Positions 1-7,526 are shown, counted from the stretch's first letter. The stretch: 7,609 nucleotides of DNA from Ascoidea asiatica JCM 7603 (GCA_001600695.1 BCKQ01000017.1:301479-309087); one strand, 5' to 3'. The notes: generated from the letters alone by a model not told the origin. Made by a program: numbers and translations.

Positions 1-398
1 TATTTCTTAAAGATTTTATTTAAAATTGAATTTGAGTTGATTAAGAGATTTTTTTTTTTTATAAAGAATGATAAATCACCTAAAGAGCAATATTCCATTA
101 TTAAATGAAAATATTTAGAAGATTGTTTACAATCTAATAAAGAGACTATATGTTGATGTTTTAATTGCTTTAAAATTTTGATTTCAATTTCCAAATTTTC
201 TAGTAATTTTTTATTTTTTAATTTTGATCTTGGCACAGATTTTATGGCAACATACTTTTTTGAGTTGATAAGTTGACCTTTATAAACATATGCAAAAGAA
301 CCTTTACCAATTTGGGAGTGTATAATTACTCCAGGTATATCATCATTCAATAAGTGATTACCATTTTGATTCATATTTTGATTCATATTTTGATTCAT
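1..398 (-). CDS. ATG1: Serine/threonine kinase Atg1 (N-terminal part; gene continues beyond the left edge of the window)
   Basis: Manual minus-strand translation from ATG 398: [132 protein letters not shown]. It has the GxGxxA loop, VAIK, alphaC Glu and the Atg1-specific [15 protein letters not shown] and MEYCxLGDL segments. The frame is open through the T12 run (49-60). An in-frame TAA at 420-422 bounds the start; alternative ATGs at 386 and 374. Confidence 0.95.
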   Translation of the reverse strand, partial: MNQNMNQNMNQNGNHLLNDDIPGVIIHSQIGKGSFAYVYKGQLINSKKYVAIKSVPRSKLKNKKLLENLEIEIKILKQLKHQHIVSLLDCKQSSKYFHLIMEYCSLGDLSFFIKKKNLLINSNSILNKIFKK

Positions 399-404
399 AT
401 TTTG
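363..404. repeat. 12-bp tandem repeat (ATTTTGATTCAT) x3.5, encoding (MNQN)3 at the ATG1 start
   Basis: Perfect copies at 363-374, 375-386 and 387-398, plus a partial copy at 399-404. Confidence 0.95.
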
Positions 405-620
405 TTGAAAGTTATGAGATTAATAAGTGTATTTTATATGCTTGTTGATATATCAATAAATGTTTTTGATATGAGTTTGAATATTATTTGGATTATTAGC
501 TTGATTATCGTTGAAATGACTTATAAAATATTTATCATGATTATTATTGAGGAAAGTTTTTGGTATTTCGTTAATCTTTTTGAGTAATTGATATTAAGGG
601 AGTTAATCTTTAGTTCATTG

Positions 621-630
621 TTATATATAT
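621..630 (-). promoter_or_regulatory. Candidate TATA element for ATG1
   Basis: ATATATATAA on the minus strand about 225 bp upstream of the ATG1 start; weak evidence in AT-rich DNA. Confidence 0.3.
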
Positions 631-859
631 CACTATTAAATAATTATTAAGAGCAATATTTGAGTTAATAAGTAAAATAAATAAAACGGCTAATAGTCAA
701 TAAACAGAAGCTGAAGAAGCAGAATTATTTACAATTAAAAAATTTAGAAATTGGAAATTTCTAATTATTGAAGAATAAACTTGAAAATGTTTGAATGCTG
801 ATTTAACTGCTTTGTTAAAAACGTTGATAAGAGAATAAGAGGAAACTAATAAATCATTA

Positions 860-1130
860 GATTAGATTCCGGTGATTATTAAGAGGTCTTGAACGAATCA
901 CTCAGTATTAGGGTTGGATTTTCCCCCGGTACTGCTCGATTAGAGGGGCGTGTTTTGTCAATCAATACACGGAAATCCAGTAGGCCGGATACAGCAAGTG
1001 CAGTAAAGTTTGGGCAACTTCATACAGTACAGTACAGCAGTAGAAAGGAAGTCACAAGACCAAGAATACGGATATTAACAACAAAAAATCAAAACTCTTT
1101 GACAGACCATTTTTATGGAACCTATTAAGA
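860..1130. promoter_or_regulatory. GC-richer upstream activating region between divergent ATG1 and the SEF1 pseudogene
   Basis: Local GC rise in an AT-rich intergene. Contains TTAGGGTTGG (908-917, Tbf1-type site), AGGGG (944-948, STRE-like), several CGG/CCG triplets and seven CAGTA copies in 903-1042. Confidence 0.5.
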
Positions 1131-1796
1131 AATCTTCAACTTATTCAATGCAAAATAATCAGACGAAAATAGTGATAAATGCCAGCCCTATTCACAGTTA
1201 AATCTTAACGTAACTTAATATGATTTTAGGATTTGATAACTCTTCTTTAATATTTTTATCTACTCTTTTCATATCTTTAATCCTTTGTTTATCATTAACC
1301 ATCTTAACCACTTTGCTTAATACATTATATAGCATATAAGGATAAAGATATGTATCAATATAAAAATAAAATTCAATTTACAAAAAATACCACTAAAGTA
1401 CCATATTATTTATATTTATTCTCCTTTAATGTAATTCTTTTTTCACCAGATGCATTAAATAAAACTTCATTTCTATCGATTATATCAAATGACTAATACA
1501 TTTATTCATATTTCTATTACTTTAATATGAAATAAATCAAGTCAATTATTTTATTGCCTCAAAAGATTAATCTATCTAAGAGTGTTAAAATTAAACCAAA
1601 AAACCAGTCTCCAATATGAAATATAAATTGAAAACAAAAGAGAAAATTATAAAATGATTTTTTTAAAAAAAAAATGCTAAAATTTCTATAAATCCTTCAA
1701 ATAATTTATCTTTTAATTCAAATAGCAATACTAATATTAATACAAATGGCTCAAATATTTTATTCAATAGACAAATAATTAAACCAAAACAGGCCA

Positions 1797-1829
1797 ATCA
1801 TCTTACTGGTTATCATCTTACTGGTTATC
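1797..1829. repeat. 15-bp tandem duplication (ATCATCTTACTGGTT) x2.2
   Basis: Copies at 1797-1811 and 1812-1826 plus ATC; frame-preserving (HLTGY twice) just before the zinc cluster. Confidence 0.9.
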
Positions 1830-1843
1830 TTCTTATAGTTTCT

Positions 1844-1936
1844 TGTACTCATTGTCGTAAGCATAAAATTAAATGTAATACTTCTGATAATTATCCATAT
1901 CCTTGTTCAAGATGTGAAAAAGTGAGTTTACATTGT
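1844..1936 (+). other. Intact Zn2Cys6 binuclear cluster coding segment within the SEF1 pseudogene
   Basis: C-x2-C-x6-C-x9-C-x2-C-x6-C with TGT codons at 1844, 1853, 1874, 1904, 1913 and 1934, followed by the DPQFRPRKGSQ linker and a heptad dimerisation segment. Confidence 0.95.
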
Positions 1937-2756
1937 GAAGTTGACCCTCAATTTAGACCAAGAAAAGGTTCTCAAACTCAAATTTTAAAAAATGATGTTG
2001 ATGAATTAAAAGCTAAAATTGATTTTTTACAAAGAAATGAATCTTTAATTTCAAAAGTTTTATCAAATGCTAAAAATTCTTCTTCTAATACTACAATAAA
2101 AAATAATTCTTTTAGAACTTCAATTCAATCAAACTTTTCAATAAATGAAGAAAACCAAATTAAAAAATTATGTGTTTTTTGAATAACAAAACCATTTCCA
2201 TTACCTTGTTTTTCAAATATAAATTCATTTTCTGGTATAAATTCAGATTCTCTTTTTCCAATTAAACAAGCTCCTCGAATACAGGTTCAACCATTACTTA
2301 TTCATGGTCAATAATTTATAACTAAAACTTTTCTAAAAATTAATTCAAATTTTCTAATTAAAGATCATATATCAAACTTATCTAGTATTTTAAATAATAA
2401 TGATAATTCAAATAACCTTAATATATCTAATATTATGTTTAATAATATATCTACTGATAAAACTACAAATAGTTTCTCAAATTTAATATGTAACGACAGT
2501 AATGTCAACGACAGTACTAATTTCAACAATTATATATTATCTGCTACTATTATTTTCTTGAATTGCTTAATGATTTCTCTAGATCAAATTTTAGTCAGAA
2601 TACAAATAATCTACCTCCAAACTTCAACAAGTTGTAATTGCAAGTAACATCTCCCCATATTCTTCTTTAGGTAGAATACTCAATCATACTTTTAATTTCT
2701 GTAACTCTAATTTGAAAGATTATAAAACAAACAAAAAATTTAACATATAAAACCCA

Positions 2757-2772
2757 AATAATAATAATAATT

Positions 2773-2810
<38 letters not shown>
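2757..2810 (+). repeat. (AAT)5 TGT (AAT)12 microsatellite (former poly-Asn linker)
   Basis: Direct reading; AAT is in the same frame as the downstream EFYLCDVRIPLEKANELH segment. Confidence 0.95.
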
Positions 2811-2813
<3 letters not shown>

Positions 2814-4155
2814 AATGAGATTAATAGAAAAATAATTAAGCAGGAAACCCCACCTTTAATAATTACAGCCTCTCCAACTGAATTTTATTTGTGTGATGTT
2901 AGAATACCACTTGAAAAAGCAAATGAATTACATAAAAGATTTGTTAATTCTTAGTTACCATTTTTCTCAATTTGGCATACAAATAATGCAATGAATTATA
3001 TATTCAATCTCAGTTATTTTTTTGGACTGTTTGTTTAATTGCTTGTTTAATAGATTCTGATCCTTCTTTATATAATCAATTATCCTATTTAATCAAACAA
3101 TTAGCTATAGAAACTTGTTGGATTAGCACTCCAAGAGCAACTCATATTGGTCAAGCTTTATTGATTTTAGGTTGTTGGCCTTTACCAAATTAAAAAGTTC
3201 TCAATAATTGTTCTTATAGATTTGTAGGTTTAGCCAAAAATTTAGGTTTTCAATTAAGTTTACCCAGAGGTAAATTTATTTCAGAATTTTCAAGTACTCA
3301 AGTTGCTTTACCAAATGCTGTTGCATGGAGAATTATGACTTGGCTTGGTGTGTTTTTTGAAGAACAATTTTAGGCTTCGGTTTTAGGTTTACCTGCCCCA
3401 TTTCAAACTGATTTTTTAGCTGAAAATGTGAGATTAGATCATTCGTTACTAAAAATATTTAGAACACTTATTTGCTTACCTATATTTTAACTAAGATTGC
3501 AAAAAAATTTAATGGGATCTTCTGCAACAAGTTTAGATGGTTCATCGGAAGCTAATAAAAGAATTGGTGCTCTAAATTTTTTAGAAAGGGAATTAGATAG
3601 ATTGGCACTTAAGTTACAGATTCACCCAATAATTGAATTATATTACTTATATATTAAATTAAATCTTTGGTGTTATCCATTTTACCTACTACTTCACCAA
3701 GATCAAACCAAATACGTCACAATGGCTTATCTTGCAGTACACGAATCATAACAATGCTCTCAAAATTGGTTGAAAATAAGCAATTATCTTAAGATCTTGT
3801 TTATGTTAGGCATGTTGTCACGTATTATGCTTCAATGCTTTTCGAATTACATTTTACTCCCTTGTTACTAGATAAATGTATTGATTCAGCAAGACGATCT
3901 TTAATAACCGTTCATAAATTATTTCGAACCAGCTTAGTATCTTGGAAAAACGTTGAGATTGATATATCCAGAACAGCTAACGTTTTAGAAAATTTGAATT
4001 TTGTAATAATTATACTATCAGATTTTCTGGAAGATCAAGGTATGATTGTTAAAATGAGATTGCATTTGACCAATTCTTTATTATATGATTTAATATGGTA
4101 TGTGTATGAGGTTAGAGGAAGAATTAAAGAAACAAGAGGGAAAACGATAACCTAA

Positions 4156-4360
4156 ATACTGATAAAAAAAAAGGTAGATCCTTTTTTCTTGGTGTAACTA
4201 ATTCTGTGTATATTCTATAATATATATCAACATTATTTGAATATTTTATCTGACGTGGTTTTTAATCTTATACTGTACATGCTATAAATAATATTGAATC
4301 CAGCATTTACTTAATCAATATTTATTTTATCAACATTTATTTAATCCGCGTTTATTTGAT
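4156..4360. terminator. Short AT-rich convergent 3' region (probable SEC2 3'UTR and polyadenylation signals)
   Basis: AATAAA on the minus strand at 4321-4326, 4336-4341 and 4351-4356, and a TATATA run near 4220-4227; such motifs are common in AT-rich DNA. Confidence 0.35.
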
Positions 4361-6835
4361 CTAAGATCTTTTAGCGGGCTCTACTAATCGAAACCCTGGA
4401 ATTTCTTCATTGTCACTGGCATCTTCATAGTCTTCATTGAAAATCTCGTTACTACTTAATTTAGATACAGGAGATTTTGCTATTATTGCTAATGGAATTA
4501 CGGAATTAATGGATAATGCTGGATCCAATGTTGGAAATTGATCATTTTTTATGCTTTTATCTTCACTAGAATTTTGAATTTCATCCCATTTATTAACACT
4601 TGTTCTGTTACTTGAAATCACAGAAGTATTCATACTTTTAATTGTGGAATTGTCTGCATTTCTACTTGTTGAAATTTGGTTGTTGATCTCAGCATCTAAA
4701 AAGCTTGCATTTTTTTGACTTGAAATATCTTGATCCGATTGGGATATCGATTGGGATATCGATTGATTCAAATCAATATTTGGAATGAAATGTGTAGAAT
4801 CAAGTTCAGATTCTTCTTTGATAGAATTCGCTACATTGTAAGTAGAAGAATTTGTAAATATCTCTCTATTATTGCTTAATGGAGTACCCGAAATTGGAGT
4901 TTTGAGGTTACTATTACCATTTGTATTTGTGCTTGAAGACATTATACTATTTGCACTATTTGAGGTTATAGTTGAATTTAAAGAAATTAGAGGATCTAAT
5001 TGTTCCTTGCTAAAAACTTTATTATCAATATAATTGCCTTCAACTTCCCAAATTCCCACTCTATTCCAAAACATTTTGCATCTGATTCTACAGCATTCAA
5101 TCCAAGCTTTTCTAAGATTCAAATCATTAGATGACAAATTTTTTCCATAAATTTCATTTTTAAGAGACCTTAAAAATGCAAAAAATTCGCAGACAGATCT
5201 AACTCTTAAAAGACAATAATGACAAAGAGGAAATTGATTTGTGATTACATCTTTTGAAGTATTGTTATTATTATTGTTATTACTAATGTTAAACCCAAAG
5301 TTTGTAGTATTACTGCTGAGAATACTTTCATTATCGAGATCTTTAGATTTATTATAATTTTGGTCACTCCTATTGTTGCTGTTGAAATTTTTACTTTTAT
5401 TTTTATCTTTTTCTTTGTCTTTATTAGAGTTATAACTTAAAATCTGATCTAATTTTGAGGTTGGTTTTTTATTTGATTTTTGTTGAGAATGAATTTTTAA
5501 CATATGTAATCTTGTATGTTCTAAAGAATCAGACCTATTTTCTCCACATAAAGAACAAGGATCCGGAGTTGCAACTGGAGGACTATCAGAAGGAAAATGA
5601 TATAAATTAGATAATCTATTTGAATTATTTTTTGATAATGAAACTGGAGAAACATTTGAAAATTTCCACGATTCATTTACCCCAGATATTGGTTCTATTA
5701 TAACTTTACCATTTATTAATGCGTTCAATAAAGGCTTTTTCTGTAACCAAGAAACCCCAGGAGCTGTATCTAATTTCAAAGAAGGATCAATATCATCAGC
5801 ATATAACTTTTTATAAAATTTAGTTGTTTTGAATAATGAAGAATAAGAAGAATACATGTTCAACTTTTTAACGCTATTACTGATATTATTATCTTGAGTA
5901 TTAACAGTTGAAGAATTTGAAAGAGTTGAGGAATGAGAAGATTGAGAAGAATGAGTTGAGGATATTAAAGAAGTTTCTAAAATTAATATGAAATTAGTAA
6001 AATGATCAAAAATTTCAAGATCATATCTTATTGATTGAACAGTTGGTGAATATATCAAATTGAGTACAGAATTATTATAAGATTCATTATTTGAATTATT
6101 TTGCAATAAAGATTGAACTTTCAGAATTGATCTAGAATTTAGATTTGAGTTTGAGTTTGAATTTGAGTTTGAATTTGAATTTGAATTTGAATTTAAATTT
6201 GAGTTCAAAGAATTTTGAGATATAAGAGATACCTCAGACTGAGATTGAGATTGAGATTCAATTTGGTTTGAAATTTGAACTGAATGATGTGGAGAAGGAG
6301 AAGCTAGAGAAGCATTATTATAAATATTTGAAGTATTTAACTGATTTTTATCATCGATTGATTGTAAAAGATTTTTTAGATTTTGTAATTGATCTTTATA
6401 AAGATTTAATAAATTATCTTTTTCATCAATTTCATTTCTCAAAGAGATATTTTTTTTTCTATATTTTTCAGTTTCTTTTCTTGCATCACTTACCATTTTA
6501 TTTGCTTCTTGAAATAAAGAAGAAGATAATTCATCAACTTCTTTGCTTAAAGTTTTAATTTCTTTATTTGCATCATTTTTTAAACCTAAATTTAAATTAT
6601 TTTCAATTTTCAAATTATTAAAATCATTTAATAAAGTTTTATGATCATTTTTTAGTATTAGATAATTAGAATTAATTAGCTCTAAATTTAAATTTTTCTT
6701 TCTCTCAATTTCTAATCTTTTATTTGTTTGAAATAATTGATCTTGTAATTTAGATTGATTACCTATTGCTTCAATTAATTGAGCTGAAAGATCTCCAACT
6801 TTTTGAGATATTCTCTTTTCTTCGTCTGTATTCAT
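4361..6835 (-). CDS. SEC2: Sec2, guanine nucleotide exchange factor for the Rab GTPase Sec4 (824 aa)
   Basis: Uninterrupted ORF. N-terminal coiled coil with the Sec2 signature EVDELSSSLFQEANKMVSDARKE. Conserved fungal Sec2 blocks YSPTVQSIRYD, DDIDPSLKLDTAPGVSWL..IEPISGVNE, CSLCGE..H, PLCHYCLLRVRSVCEFFAFLRSLK and W..CCRIR.KMFWNRVG. Low-complexity Asn/Ser linkers and tail. Confidence 0.95.
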   Translation of the reverse strand: MNTDEEKRISQKVGDLSAQLIEAIGNQSKLQDQLFQTNKRLEIERKKNLNLELINSNYLILKNDHKTLLNDFNNLKIENNLNLGLKNDANKEIKTLSKEVDELSSSLFQEANKMVSDARKETEKYRKKNISLRNEIDEKDNLLNLYKDQLQNLKNLLQSIDDKNQLNTSNIYNNASLASPSPHHSVQISNQIESQSQSQSEVSLISQNSLNSNLNSNSNSNSNSNSNSNSNLNSRSILKVQSLLQNNSNNESYNNSVLNLIYSPTVQSIRYDLEIFDHFTNFILILETSLISSTHSSQSSHSSTLSNSSTVNTQDNNISNSVKKLNMYSSYSSLFKTTKFYKKLYADDIDPSLKLDTAPGVSWLQKKPLLNALINGKVIIEPISGVNESWKFSNVSPVSLSKNNSNRLSNLYHFPSDSPPVATPDPCSLCGENRSDSLEHTRLHMLKIHSQQKSNKKPTSKLDQILSYNSNKDKEKDKNKSKNFNSNNRSDQNYNKSKDLDNESILSSNTTNFGFNISNNNNNNNTSKDVITNQFPLCHYCLLRVRSVCEFFAFLRSLKNEIYGKNLSSNDLNLRKAWIECCRIRCKMFWNRVGIWEVEGNYIDNKVFSKEQLDPLISLNSTITSNSANSIMSSSTNTNGNSNLKTPISGTPLSNNREIFTNSSTYNVANSIKEESELDSTHFIPNIDLNQSISQSISQSDQDISSQKNASFLDAEINNQISTSRNADNSTIKSMNTSVISSNRTSVNKWDEIQNSSEDKSIKNDQFPTLDPALSINSVIPLAIIAKSPVSKLSSNEIFNEDYEDASDNEEIPGFRLVEPAKRS
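4736..4765. repeat. 12-bp tandem repeat (CGATTGGGATAT) x2.5 in SEC2, encoding QSISQSISQS
   Basis: Copies at 4736-4747 and 4748-4759, partial copy at 4760-4765. Confidence 0.9.
6144..6203. repeat. (TTTGAR) hexanucleotide microsatellite, about 10 units, encoding an (NS)n tract in SEC2
   Basis: Eight consecutive TTTGAG/TTTGAA units, then TTTAAA and TTTGAG. Confidence 0.9.
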
Positions 6836-6977
6836 TTTATAATCAAAAAAAATATATTAAACTGAATTATATATTATAAAGAATTTTGTAAAAGATATCT
6901 TTATTTATTAATAAATATTAAAAATCCTAAGTATTAAATTGTTTACTCTTTACTCTTTAACAAATGGACTTCATAAA

Positions 6978-7003
6978 GATAGTTGATAGTTGATAGATGA
7001 TAA
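6978..7003. repeat. 7-bp repeat (GATAGTT) giving four GATA cores upstream of SEC2
   Basis: GATAGTT GATAGTT GATAGAT GATAA. Confidence 0.8.
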
Positions 7004-7079
7004 ATAGTAGAATTCATATGATACTGTAGATTTAATATCAAAGAGATTCATTGATTGTGTTTCTGTTAAGTGAATGGAA

Positions 7080-7350
7080 GAGTAAATGTAAGGCGAATTT
7101 GGATCTACAGCAGTAAAGTGGAGTTTGCCTAACAGTCAGATGTATTTGTATGAGTAACACAATTGCAACCCTAAATTAGCAAATTGCGCGGTTTGTTGCC
7201 TAGAACCGTAGGTGCTGCGTAAGAAAGCCACAACATGCTGTATTCGCTTACCCTACCCAGTTTTCACTATCCTTTTGATCTGAATTTTAGTTAAAATTGG
7301 CTAAAGAACCTATTGTGCGGCAAACACCATTAACCAAAACATGTCACCTT
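7080..7350. promoter_or_regulatory. GC-richer upstream activating region of SEC2 (possibly shared with a gene beyond the window)
   Basis: Local GC rise; AACCCTAA (7167-7174, Tbf1-type), TGAGTAA (7151-7157, Yap/Gcn4-like) and TACAGCAGTAAAGT (7106-7119). Confidence 0.45.
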
Positions 7351-7526
7351 TGATATATTTGACGATTGTTAGAATAGTAAAATTATCACCAAAACATATT
7401 TTAGTTATCTTCTCTTTATAACCATTTAAGCTATTAATCCAGGACTCGTTGAGATATTTTGGAATAAATTATTTTGATTTTGTTTAAAAATTGTTAAAAT
7501 TATTGAAACATAAGGTAAATAAGTTA

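Larger units (their letters stand above)
1527..4155 (+). pseudogene. SEF1: SEF1-like Zn(II)2Cys6 transcription factor pseudogene (5' boundary tentative; recognisable homology about 1800-2060 and 2880-4125)
   Basis: Sef1-typical segments in order: SCTHCRKHKIKCNTSDNYPYPCSRCEKVSLHCEVDPQFRPRKGSQ..LKNDVDELKAKIDFL; IPLEKANELH; LIKQLAIETCWISTPRATH; WPLPN*KVLNNCSYRFVGLAKNL; EEQF*ASVLGLP; ERELDRL; DSARRSLITVHKLFR; DISRTANVLENLN; MRLHLTNSLLYDLIW. In-frame stops at 2180, 2748, 2952, 3191, 3371, 3488 and 3790. Frameshifts near 1665, 2991 and 3738, and a compensating pair at about 3682-3700. Confidence 0.92.

Noticed and set aside
49-60. T12 run as a frameshift in ATG1
   Set aside because: The frame continues correctly ([21 protein letters not shown]), matching the expected Atg1 insert.
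354-587. 77-aa + strand ORF
   Set aside because: GTG start; antisense shadow of the ATG1 start repeat and leader; no recognisable protein features.
889-1128. 79-aa + strand ORF
   Set aside because: TTG start; lies over the GC-richer promoter block where stops are rarer; no family resemblance.
2952-3792. Stop-codon reassignment, readthrough or A-to-I editing rescuing SEF1
   Set aside because: The stops replace different residues (W, Q, probably E and Y), true frameshifts coexist, many missense changes hit conserved positions, and SEC2 ends normally at TAG. Editing could fix only TAG 3371.
2880-4125. Repeat-induced point mutation (RIP)
   Set aside because: Transitions are not restricted to CpA/TpG, transversions and indels are present, and RIP is not established in budding yeasts.
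1922-4155. ORFs 1922-2182, 2435-2647, 3497-3751 and 3835-4155 as separate genes
   Set aside because: They are collinear fragments of one disrupted SEF1 (the 2435 ORF lies in its low-complexity linker region).
1527-4155. Introns removing the SEF1 lesions
   Set aside because: No GTATGT...TACTAAC...YAG arrangement was seen, and the stops sit within contiguous conserved motifs with no extra sequence.
6268-6558. 96-aa + strand ORF
   Set aside because: TTG start, antisense to the SEC2 coiled-coil region; compositional shadow.
1-6835. ATG1-SEF1-SEC2 as a functional gene cluster
   Set aside because: These are ordinary housekeeping and regulatory genes; the autophagy link between ATG1 and SEC2 is indirect and adjacency alone is not evidence.
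7080-7350. tRNA or other ncRNA in the GC-richer block
   Set aside because: No cloverleaf, A/B boxes or convincing snoRNA box arrangement was seen; a covariance-model search would be needed to exclude one fully.
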